DNA of 64,000 bases from a virus (Duplodnaviria > Caudoviricetes), in IMG/VR virus record IMGVR_UViG_3300020577_011395, positions 1 to 64,000 of that record, one strand, 5' to 3'. Shown here in pieces: positions 11,907-24,588 of the stretch (position 1 is its first letter; every line of letters starts with the position of its first letter). The translations under genes were made by a program, and so were the position numbers. The notes under the pieces are model-generated. The model made no database searches. It saw only the letters and a program-made list of their open reading frames with translations, and was not told the origin of the DNA.

Positions 11907-12548
11907 ATGGATGCAATAAAAAATAATCCAGAGGATTATATAGGCAAGAAATACCCCGGAACAGAGTTACTTGTTCTCTACAAAACAAAGATAAAGAACC
12001 GCGTATCATTTAACGTAATCTGTTCTTGTGGCACTCAAAAGGTGATAAGAAGATCCGATTTAGTAGCAGGTTCTTATATATCTTGTGGTTCTGCTGACTG
12101 TAAGTATTCCCAACAAAACATAAGAAAAGATAAAGCTAGTCTTTTCAGAGACGATGCTGAATCATTTAATATCAATGGCAGTGTATTAGCTAAATACAAA
12201 AAGAATGCAGAAGATAGGGGCTATAGTTTTGAAATAACAGTTGAAGATATCTTTAGTGTCTGGAAGAAGCAAGGTCATAAATGTGCTTTGACTGGAGTTA
12301 GTCTAAAGTGTGGTACTAACTCAAGGAATCACAATTGGAGCATTGATCGCATAGATAATTCAGTTGGCTATACTAAAGATAATATACATATTGTTCATAA
12401 GACCATAAACATATTTAGGAATAAGTTTTCAATAAAAGAGTTTGTTTTGATGTGTAATCTTGTTTCAAATAACAATGTTAATTCAGATAATAAGTCAACA
12501 GAAGATGAAATATTAACAATTCTTTCAGAGGCGCTAAAGGATAAATAA
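11907..12548 (+). CDS. His-Me finger homing endonuclease-like protein
   Basis: CSCG...SCG N-domain; CALTG...SIDRIDNSVGYTKDNI...N motif. Confidence 0.8.
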   Translation: MDAIKNNPEDYIGKKYPGTELLVLYKTKIKNRVSFNVICSCGTQKVIRRSDLVAGSYISCGSADCKYSQQNIRKDKASLFRDDAESFNINGSVLAKYKKNAEDRGYSFEITVEDIFSVWKKQGHKCALTGVSLKCGTNSRNHNWSIDRIDNSVGYTKDNIHIVHKTINIFRNKFSIKEFVLMCNLVSNNNVNSDNKSTEDEILTILSEALKDK

Positions 12549-13226
12549 TGGCAAAGTTAAAAAAAGTTTATCAGTATACTTGTAATAGTTACAGGCGTGG
12601 TTTTACTGATCCAGCAGAATTTGTATATACTATAAAAAAGCATATAGCATACAATAAAATTATAGTATGTCTTGACCTAAAAAGACAAAAAATAATTGAA
12701 GTTCATTCTGACTATTTTAAACCTAATATCAGCGGCGTCATGTATATACCTTACAAATCTGCATAAAATTATCTTGGCTCCAGCCTATTTCTGTAGTACC
12801 ATGCACAAATGCTGCCCACTCAAATCGAATTAAAAATCGGTGATTTGTTTTACACTGCTGGTAAAGCGCAAATTCATGTGTTCTTAGGAGCCAAGGGTGA
12901 TTGTTATCATTTTTATGGGCCCGTATGGAACGATTATAATAATGAGTATGTTGATGATAACTGTCATTTTTGGGAAAACAAAGATAAAAAGTGGATTGAT
13001 GAAAACTTTTATGAGAAGAATTGGAATGTTATCAAATGCCGCTAAAACCTGCTGATATTCTGTATGATACTTCTACTAAACTACTGTTTTGTTTAGTTAT
13101 AGCAGTAAAAAGCGGCCGATGTGATATTTACTACTTTTCTGACGGTACAATAGGCAACACGTCAATTAAAATACTACAAGAATATATTGATTGTGGTGAA
13201 TTCAAAGTTAATGAGGTATAAACACC

Positions 13227-13571
13227 ATGAATATGCGTACATGTCAAATTTGTGAAGACACCTTCAACCCATATTCAAAAGAAAAGCGACTTGCTGGCGG
13301 TCTTCTAACCCATTGCCCGGATTGTTCAGAGGAAACAACTACCAAGTATATTGGTGTTGCTGCCGGTGAAGGTAAAATGAGTTCTGTCCAGATTCTGAAG
13401 TTTGATAACAATGAAGATCGTGAACAGTATCTCGAATACTGGAAAGTCAATAGCGGTCTTTACAAATCCAAAAGTTGTCAAATTGGCAGGGGTATGAAAT
13501 CTACTCCTAATATTGGCTTTAAAACCGTAGCAACCCTTTCGTCTAACCCAAACCATAAAGGTAAACAATGA
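13227..13571 (+). CDS. Zn-finger hypothetical
   Basis: CQIC...CPDC. Confidence 0.6.
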   Translation: MNMRTCQICEDTFNPYSKEKRLAGGLLTHCPDCSEETTTKYIGVAAGEGKMSSVQILKFDNNEDREQYLEYWKVNSGLYKSKSCQIGRGMKSTPNIGFKTVATLSSNPNHKGKQ

Positions 13572-13722
13572 AAAAGAATCGTCCAACAATTAAGTCACTT
13601 ACTGATGAAATCAGGACTCTTGAAGTTAGAAACCAGCTTTTGGAAGATGATCTGCATGTGCAAATTGCAATCAATATTGCTATTGTTGTAGCTGGCGTAT
13701 TTTTATTTATGGTGTATTGAAA

Positions 13723-14591
13723 ATGATAAAAAATATAACGGATCAAAAAGAAGTAAACGATTTAAAAGTTGGAGATTTGTTGGTTGTTCTTCATAAAAAG
13801 ACTACAAACAAACGATATATTGGTAATATTGCAATTGTTCTTGAAGCCATACCAAATGAACAAATAAAGTTATACAATATTACAAAACCAGATTTAATGG
13901 TTTTTATAACCAAAGAAAATTTTAGTTTGTGGGCGAGGTTACTACCAAATGTTAAAAAAAATAAAAACAGCTGAGGAAATCAAGCAACTTAAAGTTGGCG
14001 ATTTGCTACAGGTTACAAATAAAAACGATAATGCTTATAAAATATTGCAGTAGTTACAGGTTTTGATAAATACAATGAACTTTGTTTATACAATATTACA
14101 GAGCCACAAACAAAAGCGTATGTGCACTCTCAGAATTATGGATGCTGGTCGAGGTTACTACCAAATGCTAAAACCACTAGAAAATTTTAAAGAGAGAGAA
14201 GAAATTAAAGTCGGTGATTTACTACAAGTTATTAACGAAAAAGACTCTTCTTACAAAAATATTGTAGTAGTTATAGGCTTTGAAGGAAGAGCTTCTCCTT
14301 GTTTTTATAATGTTACAAGGCCACATGTGCCTCTTTACATGAATTCATATAACTATAAGTCTTTTGGAAGATTATTGCCAAATGCTAAAACCACTAAAAT
14401 CCGTTGATGATGTTAAGTCTGGTGATCTTGTTATTGTTACACCGAAAGGAGATATCAGTTACAACTATATTTGTCTAGTACAGGAAATGATAAAAGGCAG
14501 GTGGAAGTTATATAACATAACCAAACCGAAAAATATGTGCGTTATCACATATGATAATTTAGAGTGTTTCGCAGTTCTCAAAGAGGAGTAA
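13723..14591 (+). CDS. four LKVGDLL...YNIT paralogues, the second (13949-14190) frameshifted
   Basis: shared K(V/S)GDL, YN(I/V)T and RLLPN motifs. Confidence 0.75.
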
Positions 14592-14811
14592 AAACACATG
14601 CATATCATAGAAGCAAAAGATCCTGGAAGCGATTGGTTCCGAATTGGCGAAGCATCAAATGAGCTATTCGCCACAATGACTATTGACACAGATAAAAAAC
14701 TAAACCCAGGAAGGATGTTCCGGGCTAAAAATCCACAAGGCATGATTGTTTATATGCTTTAAAACGAGTCTCATATGTCCATACAATTTATGCATGTCTT
14801 ATCTTATGGTA

Positions 14812-14840
14812 TTGACTTATAAGCTGGGTCGTGCTATGTT
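14812..14840 (+). promoter_or_regulatory. sigma70-type promoter
   Basis: TTGACT-17-TATGTT, TG extended. Confidence 0.65.
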
Positions 14841-14880
14841 GTGCTTTGTAACTCTAAAAACAACAACAGGGTTTTGAAAA

Positions 14881-16279
14881 ATGCTAAAAATTGGTGATAT
14901 GGTTCTTCTCAAAACAAATGAGTCTAACAGCACACTGTATTTAAAAAGCTATTACGGTAAGAATGCTGTTGTTATTACAAAAGCTCAGCATAGAGATGTA
15001 AGTCAAATACATTTTGTTAAAGACAATTACAAAGTGTGGGTGGCTGATTATGATTTAATAAAGGTATCTTAACATGAATGAACTTTCATTCAAAGTTGGA
15101 GATTTAGTCTACTGTCCAGAAGATTCAAAACCAGACATTTTTTTGATACTTGAAGAGAAAAATTCTTTTTCTGAATACAAATATTGTATGGTGTTTAACC
15201 CGTTGAAAACTAGAGATAAGCTCCAATTCAAATATGGGTTTGCTACTTTTTCACTGAATTGGGTAAAGATAAATGGATAATTTATTCAAACCTGGGGATA
15301 TTCTGAGATATAGTAATCTTTCAAATTCTGATTTATATCTCATTTTAGAATACGATAATGGGCATGGGTATAAATACGTCGATATTACTTATTTTTTAGA
15401 GAAGAATATATTACATTCTGGTACTTATAGATTTAATAACAAATACACAAGGTATACGCCACAATGAATAATGAGTTTAAGCCAGGTGACATAATCTCAC
15501 CAATAAGTTACGGTTTGGATTATTCACATGCTATATTACTTTTGGAACAGTTAAACGTTGATACTTTCAAATATTGTTATATAATTCCAAAAAATAGCCA
15601 TTACCTTATAATTAGCGTTTATAATTTTAGGTTTAACGCTTGGAAAAAACTCAATGAATGATAGAGATTTCAAGGCTGGGGATTTAGTTTATAACCCAGG
15701 ATACGGCAAGTCTGCAGAAATCTTTTTGATTCTTGAATGCGCTAATAAAAATGGAAGATATAAATTTTGTAGTGTGTATAGCCCAAACCCAATCGCAGCA
15801 TCACTCCTATTTAAAATAGATTATAGTTATTTTCTAGGAGCACATTGGAAGATCATAAATGGATAAACAATTTTGTGTTGGGGATATTGTAGTTAGGAAA
15901 ACTAGAGTTAAAAAAGATAAAAATGTGAACTTTCCAGATCCAGATCCAGATTTATTTCTTATTTTAAAAACTAATGGTGATGGGTATTATACTTATACAA
16001 ATATCTCTCATTTTATAAAATATAATAGAATGCATTCTGGAATATATTCCTTTACTGCGGACGAATGGGAGAAAGTCAATGGATAGCCGATTCAAACCTG
16101 GCGATATAGTAACAAAGATCAAACGTCTAGATGTAAATTACCAGTGTTTAATTCTTGCTGCTAACAAAGATAATTATTATAGATACATCTCGCTCGGTTA
16201 TTTTTTTGAAAGTGGCATAGTGCGTGTTCGGGATTATAACTTTTCAGACGTAGGATGGAGAAAAATTGATAAAACATAA
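14881..16279 (+). CDS. cluster of 7 FKxGD...FLILE paralogues
   Basis: shared motifs; ATG overlaps the preceding W-x-K-x-N-G-stop. Confidence 0.75.
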
Positions 16280-16928
16280 AATTAAATGGACAAAGGGTAA
16301 CAGTAAATTAAAGAAGACAAGCGGTGGTTCCTATAATATTATTGGTTTTGGTATTCCTGCTGACCATGATTTCACCTACAACGGCAAGAAAATGAATACC
16401 TGCCCATCAGCTTTAGCATGTAAGGCAGTTTGTTATGCCAAGCAAGGTTCTTATCGGTTTCCTGCTGTTGTCAAATCTAGAGAGAATAACCTTAGTTTTT
16501 CATTAAAGAAAGAGTTTGTTGAAGAGGCCATTAAAGATCTTTCTAAAATGAAGAAGATTAATGTGGTAAGGATTCACGATAGTGGCGATTTCTACTCACA
16601 AGAGTATTACGATAAATGGTGTGAAATTGCCAATAGGCTACCAAATATTATATTCTATGCCTATACAAAGCAAATGAATTTAGATCTGTTTAAAAACAAA
16701 CCAGTCAATTTAAGAATAACACAAAGCGTTGGTGGCAAACACGATAAGATTATTAATCTGAATCTGCCACATGCTAGGATCTTTTCTAGTGAGCAAGCTA
16801 TGGTTAACGCTGGTTATATTGATGGCTCGGTTAATGATTTGCCTGCAATTGATGGTGATATTAAAATTGGTTTAGTGTACCACGGCAATAAAAACCTTAC
16901 AGATTCACAAGAAAGATACTTCACATGA
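16266..16928 (+). CDS. GP88-like (radical-SAM-like Fe-S) protein
   Basis: CPxxxxCxxxCYA, RIHDSGDFYS and YAYTK motifs. Confidence 0.75.
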   Translation: MIKHKIKWTKGNSKLKKTSGGSYNIIGFGIPADHDFTYNGKKMNTCPSALACKAVCYAKQGSYRFPAVVKSRENNLSFSLKKEFVEEAIKDLSKMKKINVVRIHDSGDFYSQEYYDKWCEIANRLPNIIFYAYTKQMNLDLFKNKPVNLRITQSVGGKHDKIINLNLPHARIFSSEQAMVNAGYIDGSVNDLPAIDGDIKIGLVYHGNKNLTDSQERYFT

Positions 16929-19030
16929 TACTAAAACCTGGAATGCTTCTTGTTAGGCATCAATGGCCTAAAGAGCTTGTTATATATCTGGGCTGGAACA
17001 ATACAATTAAAGAAAGCAAAGGCTTTTTAATTTATGATGAACATGGACATTATTACGGTAATGTAGTTTACTTTGACCACTCACAAGATTATTCTGTAGT
17101 CAACAATAGTACTGAATATCTTAGATATATTAAAAAACATAAAAGAAAAGGATGAATTATATGCTTCTAAAACCTGGCATGCTCCTTTCGAGAAAATCTT
17201 GGCCAAAAGAAATTATTCTTTATCTTCAACCTTTTAACGATCTTAAAAATGATGAATGCAAAGGTATTTTGGTTTTAAATCATCTTGGGAAATATGATGG
17301 TCGTGTAATATACTTTGTTTATGATTGCGAAGATTATGTTATAATTAACAATTCAAAAGAATATCTTTCTAGGATTAAAGATGCTTATTTATAAAGATTA
17401 TAAGATTGGTGATTTAGTAAAACATAAAAATTGGCCTAGAGAGCTTTTAATTTATCTTGGAGGCCAAAAGTATTTTCTTATTTATGATAATGATGGGAAA
17501 CATTACTTTGGTGTTTTAAATGGCCTAAACCCAGACTACTACTTCAAGTATGAAGGATAAAATATGTTTAAAATTGGCGAATTTCTAACACACAAAATGA
17601 GTTATAACAAAAAAGAGCTTTTAATTTATCTTGGGGGTATCAAAGTATTCTTGGTATATAATAATCGTGGATTTTACGATGGTCGTATTTATGATGTTAA
17701 GCTTGATTGCTATGTTAGCTTACAACCCAAAGACAAATAGTGTGGTTATCTTTTAATTATATACAGATGTTTTAAGAAACGTATTATAAAATGAGACCAA
17801 AAATGAACAAAACTTTTGAATATAAACCTGGTGATTTGTTTATCAGTAAAAATAAAAAACATAATTTTCTAGGGCTGATACTTGAAGTGGGAAATAAAAA
17901 TTGTTACTATATTTTGATTAGAGGAGATACTAGCACCACAAACTGGGCTTATTCACAGGATAGTAAACAATGGTTTATAGAATATACAGAAAAGGCTACT
18001 TAAAATGAACAAAACTTTTAAAATTGGTGAACTTTTAACAAACACAAACCACCCAAAAGAACGTATTGTGTGGCTAGGAAACGATATAATTTTTTTGCTT
18101 TATGATGACGTAGGAGAATGGTGCGCAGAAGTTATTGATATTAGTTCTCGAAAAGTTGTTAAAGCTTCACTTACTTCTCTTAAACAAAAGGAGTCAAAAA
18201 ATGGCCACTGTTGAAATCAAAAAGGGCGATATTTATGAAAAGAAAGGTGTTTTTTACACTTGTTTGGACTTCGTTGAGGAAATGGGTTTTGTTCTACTCC
18301 TGAATATGGTTACAAATAAGATTGAAATGCCTGCTACAAGTTCATTTAAAACCCATTGGACAAATTACGACGATTCTAAAAAGAAAGATTAATCAAATGA
18401 TGCGTGTAGAAGAATTGGAACCTGGTAATCTGTATATTACAGGTCTTAGAGATAACACAAAGCATATTCTTTGTTATTTGCGTAAAGTTGGTCGTGATGA
18501 TTACTATTTTTATAGGTTAAAACCAGAATTTATAAACGACAAGCAAATTAGGATTTTCTCTTTGTACACTATCGAACGTGGAACCATGAAGTTGTATAAA
18601 GAGAAACAATAATTATGTATAAACCAGGTGATTTGTTATTCGAGAACAGTATACATAGCATTAAACGCGTTTGTGTTAATATAAGCGCCTTAAGTTCTTA
18701 TTCGATTACTTTATACAACATTAATAATAATGACATTGAACGCTATACCTATGATGAAATACGTCGCTATTTTAGAATTATGAATGTTGGTGAATAACAA
18801 TGAATATGCGTAAACCTGGTATGCTGTATCGCACAAAGCAAAATAAAATACAGCACTATAAAACTATTACTTTTGTTTATCTTGGGGAACAAGACCTGAA
18901 TTCTTGTTCGGTTTATCTTCTTTATAGACATAGCCCAGAATTTGTTGGTAAGGTCGCATATATTTCAAAAGGCTTTGAAGCCGTCTACGAGCCTATTACA
19001 GACGATAATGAAAAAGACCAACCAGAATAG
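16925..19030 (+). CDS. cluster of KPG(M/D)L / KIGE small paralogues (about 10 ORFs)
   Basis: WP(K/R)E, IYLG and KPG motifs. Confidence 0.7.
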
Positions 19031-19127
19031 CGGTTGGTCTTTTTTAATGCGTCATAAGTCACTGTAGGCCCTTATAGAACATTTGCGGCGCCTGGATGTT
19101 CTTTATCTCCATGTGCATATGTTTTAG

Positions 19128-19156
19128 TTGACTCCTAGCGTATGTTGTGCTATGCT
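19128..19156 (+). promoter_or_regulatory. sigma70-type promoter
   Basis: TTGACT-17-TATGCT, TG extended. Confidence 0.65.
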
Positions 19157-19209
19157 CTTACCACAGTTAGGAAGTATCTAAATAAAATAACACATAGTAG
19201 GGGCATTTA

Positions 19210-22200
19210 ATGTTTTTAAAAGCTGGTGATCTTTATCATATCAAGCCAGAATATGAAGAAAATGCCGAAGTAAAATGGCTTGTTATAATTCACGTATATG
19301 AAGAGCGTAATTCAATTTTAACAACAACTTTTTCAAACCAAACTGATTTTGAGATGTTTGAAGAATATATTGAGCAATGTGTTGCAAATCTTAATAGATA
19401 TTGGGTGAAATGTGAATAATAAAAGTGGCAATAGCCCTAAAATTGGTGGTTTATACGCTGTTTATACTGGTGTGCTAAAACTTGAGCAGATATATCTTTA
19501 TCTTGGTTTTCACAAAATGTATATTGTTAAACACTCAATACCATCTAAAATTGGCACAATCGAAGAGCATCCAGATAACGAAAGATGGCTCTTACAAACA
19601 GGTGTTTTATTAAATGACACTTAAAGTTGGTGGCCTTTATCGGCTTAAAAATGGATTTAAGCATGGGCGGAATTGTGCCATATTTTTGTATCTTGGAAGT
19701 AATAAATTGGTAGTCATGAAAGAAAATATATTCAGAGTTGAAGAACATTCTGGAAATGAAGCATGGCTTCTAAAACAATGTGAGGTTATAACAGATGGAA
19801 CCTAATGTTGTAGTTGGGGGCATTTATGTTCATCTTGACAAAAAAGATGAATTCTACCTTTATCTAGGCAATAACAGAATTTATTGTTGTGTTGCTCCGA
19901 ATAAACGTCTTGTCGGAAAGGTTTTTGAACATCCTTCTTATATAAATTGGTTAAGAGTGGATTTTATGAGAATAGCATGAAACAGCAATTACAAATTGGT
20001 AGTTTGTATGGCACAGAAACAAAGAATGAAATTTATATTTACTTAGGAAATAATACAATTTATTGTTGTAGATCACCATTTCAAAATCACATTGGACGCT
20101 GTTATAAAGATGGAAATTGTGAAGTGTGGCTTCAAAAAAACTTCCATAGGCTAGGTTAAATCATGGCGAATCTTAAAATAGGCGGATTGTACTGCTGGAA
20201 ACATTCAAGAAAAATGGTTATAATGCCAATATTGCCATTGGGAACTTATGTCCATGTTAGAAATGAATATGGAATGGTTCTAGAGGTTAAAACAGTTTCT
20301 CAAAATATACTTGAAAGCTCAATCGAAGAATATTATGAGGAAGCGATCCCAAATGAATAATAATTCATATGTTTATCAAGACGGATTCCAAATCGGTAAA
20401 ATGTATGTTTATATTAGAAGCAAAGATCCTATCAAAATATTTTTTTTATGTATTGATATTGCTGGGGATAACGTGAGGTTTTATTCTATCCCACAAGAAA
20501 AATACTATGTAGAATCATCAGACTTGTTTAGGTATTATCTTCAAGTGGATGAAACTAATATTGCTTCTTTGGATTTTATATGCTAAAGCTCAAAGACGTG
20601 AAACCTGGTAATATTTTATATTGTGAAGCCATGTATGGTAGAGCTTCGCAGATACTTGTATTGTCTAAACCAGTTAAACTGAGCGGTCATGGGCGTTATA
20701 GAATGGATATAATGTGGTTGTCAAAGACCAATTGGGGTAATGTGGTAGAACGTTATGTGGTAGAACGTTATATTGCGTTTGACGGCTTAGGCTGGAGTAA
20801 GCTGTGTTAAATCAAAAGAATTTTAAATATACAAAAGTAAAATCATTCGAAGTTGGCAAGCTCTATGTGACTAGACCTAGGGCAAAGTTTGATGATCCCG
20901 GTTTGCATTTGTGTATTTATAAAGATGCAAACTATTGTAAACTATATGGCTTATTCGATAGCCTTACATTCACAGAAGAACTACCATATATTCAATATTA
21001 TTATTTGGTCGATGCTTAAACTAGGAAACTCTACATGTTGACTTCATTTCAGATAGGAGGGTTATACCTTCTAACTTCAACAAAAAATAATAGTGTTCCT
21101 AGTTTGTTTATATGTGTCCAAGATGAACCTTTTTATAAGCTATATTCGCTAGAATTCAATATACTGTTGATGGAATATCCGTCTTGTCTAATGTTTTATA
21201 CAAAATTAGGGTGAAACATGCTAAAAGTTGGCGGGTTATATGGCAACAAAAGTATTAAAAATCGTTTTTTATATGTTTGTTTGCAAAGCGATAATGAGTA
21301 TTTCACTTTTTATTCTGTTTATGATGGTTCTATAATTAAAGAAAAAGATGCCTTCACTTATATTTACAAGGGATTCTTTCTAGCATAGGTAAAGAAAACA
21401 TGTCAATTAAACCAAAAACCCCACTTAAGCCAGGAACACTTTATTGGCACAAGGAGTTTTCTAAGGATTATTTATATTTGTTCTTATCTGAAACAGAAGA
21501 TGGACTTAAATTTTATAATATAAAGCTTAATCAATTTTATTTGAATTATAATGATGGTTCATGGTTAGGTTATAGAGAAGCAAAGGTCAGACGAAAATGA
21601 ATTTTAAAATAGGCCAATTATATTATTTTGATGATAAAAGATATTTATTTATTTGTTTGAGCATAGATAAAAATATTGTAACTTTATACAGTATGTTTCA
21701 TGAGCAGGTTTATTCTCACAATATAAAAAAATATACTTTTTATGAGGTTCAAACGCCACATGAATAATAGCCATATAAAAGTAGGTGGTCTATATAAGTG
21801 GAAAAGATATAAATACTTGATTTTATGCTTAGGGATAGGGCCTAAAATCGTAGTTTTTTATGATACAAATCTAGAGGCAACATTTACTTGGGGAAATAAT
21901 GATAACATAGAAGCTTTTGAAGAGGTACGGTATGAGCCTTAAGCCTGGTAAACTATATACATGGTCTACTTTTGAGGCTCTCTATTTATGTTTAGAAGTA
22001 AAAAAAAGAAAAACCGTTATGTACAAACTTAAAACAAGTAACGTTTTTCTTCACAATAACTATGATATAGAAAATTTCGTAGAAGTACCGGGACAATAAA
22101 GTATGCTAAATAATAAAGATATTGTACCTGGAACTATATTAAAATACAGTGGACAAGAAACAAAAATATTAATCCTAGAAGAGCCAGTTAAATCAGAAGT

Positions 22201-23383
22201 TACTAACGGCACAGAGCAAATGTTTTATGGATTACCAAAAATTATTGGAGGGTAATAGAAAAATTTAACATATTATTAGATGGAAGATGGATAAAGTTAT
22301 GTTAAATCCAAAAGAAATGAAATCTGGCGATATATTGTTACACAAACAAAAATATTGCACATCAAGTCTTCTACTTTTATCTGAGCTCACTGCGTTAGGA
22401 ACTGATTCGGCATTTACAGCAGATGTGTTTTGGCTAAATAAGGAATATTGGTTCAAAGAACAAAACGTTATCTTATATCAATCAGAAAAATGGACAAAGT
22501 TATGTTAAAAATAGATAATGTTAAAGACATAAAACCAGGTGATATTGTAAGTAACAATCAAAATTTTAAGAAGTGTCAGCTTCTAATATTAGAATCGCCT
22601 GTAGCCTTCAAAGATAATTTAGGCATTGTTTGTGGTCATAAAGTAAAATGTATGTATCTAATCCGAGAGGATGGCATGAAAACATATGCAAATGGAACCA
22701 TATTTATTTGCTTTCATTATAAAGGCTCCACTGAACTATGGTACAAACACACATGAAAAAAAATATTATAACAAACACATATGATCTTGAAGTAGGCAAA
22801 CTGTATATGCCACCATATACCGACAATATTGAGAAGACTTCCCAGATATATCTTTGTATGAAGAAAGATAAAACAACTGTTGTTGTATACAACATCAAAC
22901 ACAACACGTTTTATTCAATGAGAGGTGGAGATATAGTCTATCTGGAAGAGCTAACAGAATGATAAAACATACAAAATACGGCAAAGACCTTGAAATAGGA
23001 AAATTATATTATCCAACGGACCTATCAAAAAAACACAAACAACTCTTAAAATCGCAGATATATTTGTGCATAGGAAAAGATGAAGAAATGATATGGTTAT
23101 ACAATATTGAATCTGGGAACCGCCATGATATTTATGGCCTTAGCAAGCTTGTTATGCAGGAATTAACAGAATGAAAAGTAACACAAATATTAATGAATTA
23201 GAAGTAGGAAAGCTATATTGCCCAGGGCAGATAGAAAAAGAAAACAAAGATATTCCAAAATACCAGATATACATATGTGTAGAGAAGAATAAATATAGTG
23301 CATATTTATACAATCGTAAGTATGGTACTTGTCATAAGCTTAGTATTCAAAGTGAGTTTTATATGCGAGAGATAATTGAATAA
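19210..23383 (+). CDS. cluster of about 20 GGLY / GKLY / DIKPG small paralogues
   Basis: VGGLY...YLYLG, LE(V/I)GKLY...QIY(L/I)C and ...WxKLC subfamilies; coupled start/stop codons. Confidence 0.7.
20740..20769 (+). repeat. in-frame 15-bp tandem duplication
   Basis: ATGTGGTAGAACGTT x2 (VVERY x2). Confidence 0.9.
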
Positions 23384-23471
23384 GACAAAAAAAATAAAAC
23401 AACAACACTTGAAGACCAACCAATGAATAAGGTTGGTCTTTTTGTTTGTTTTGTATAGATCCAGTATAGGT

Positions 23472-23600
23472 GTAGGGATGAATGAGCAAATAGTTTATGT
23501 TGAGAAGTTAGATAGGTAGTAGAGACAGTCCATACAACCAAATAGTTTATGGTAGTATCTACTTGCCAGTAGGGATGAGTGAGCAAATAGTTTATGGTAG
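23472..23600. repeat. non-coding direct repeats
   Basis: CAAATAGTTTATG at 23487, 23539 and 23584; GTAGGGATGARTGAGCAAATAGTTTATG x2. Confidence 0.85.
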
Positions 23601-24111
23601 GAGATAGGTGCCAATATGGTAGGCTGTATAGGAGCTGGTATAGTAGGAAGAAGGGGAGTGCCAAAAACCAGCTAAAAGGGGGCAGATTTCTGCAATTCCC
23701 ATGCCAACCTATTAAGCCCAAATTGATTAACAATCAAGCCTAAAACAGCCATTCTATGAATCATCATAACTGTGTTGAGCACAAATGTGTTAAACAAACA
23801 CAATATTAATTTTAATATTGTTACCTGGACACGTAGTACCCCTATGGTATCATATCACTACTGGTCCTACTGGCTCTTGTCTTACACACAATCATAGATC
23901 TCAAAAACAACAAAAGAAAATCTATCTGAGACAATAGACAATGTGAAAGAATCAGCATGATTTTGATGTATTCTCAAAACTGCTGTCTTTACTAAAAGAG
24001 GCAGACATGACCAAAATATATATAAGCATGTCACCCAACTCTATATAGGCAAAGAACAAAGGCGGCTAGTTTATCAAATCTATTAGTTGTTGTCAAGGGG
24101 TAACTTGGGAC

Positions 24112-24484
24112 TTGACACCATAGATGGGGTATGGTACACTGTACAGGGCGGCTACTATCGCTATATACCCCAGCATATAAGTAAATGTAGAATAGGTGGT
24201 CATCTAAATATTATTTGTTCTTCCATGACCACTGACCAAGTATGCAGGTGGTCCCTATACCTATTGACAAGGGGTGTCCGTTGTGCTATGGAAAAAAATA
24301 CTTGACACAGCCTGTCCGATCAGGTACACTATATAGGGGAGGAATAGGGCGGCTAGCGAGGCAACTTGGCACTTGACAGCGGGTGTCCGGTCTGCTACTC
24401 TGTATCTGGGGAAGTGTGGGCGCACGAGCCGCCGTAAGTATTAAAAATATTTCGATTGACAAGATGGTAGGGTGGTGGTATAAT
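24112..24484 (+). promoter_or_regulatory. five tandem sigma70-like promoters
   Basis: TTGACA at 24112, 24264, 24302, 24373 and 24456, each 17 bp from TACACT / TATGGA / TACACT / TACTCT / TATAAT. Confidence 0.75.
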
Positions 24485-24529
24485 AGCCGCCGGTTTTTTA
24501 AAAAATCCTATTATGCACATATACAAAAA

Positions 24530-24575
24530 CAGGTTCAGGGAGCTACCCGGTTAGGTAGCTCCCTGAACACTTGTC
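24530..24575. terminator. strong hairpin, probable terminator of the 24589-24990 gene
   Basis: GTTCAGGGAGCTACC / GGTAGCTCCCTGAAC inverted repeat; A-run at left gives a U-tail on the minus strand. Confidence 0.75.
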
Positions 24576-24588
24576 TAGCTTCTACCGA

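Noticed and set aside
2108-23383. Stop-codon reassignment as the cause of the many short ORFs
   Set aside because: The short ORFs each have their own start motif, change frame at junctions and end in all three stops. Long genes are intact in the standard code and no CTA/TCA suppressor tRNA was seen.
2108-23383. Diversity-generating retroelement driving the paralogue array
   Set aside because: No reverse transcriptase in the window and no template/variable repeat pair differing only at adenines.
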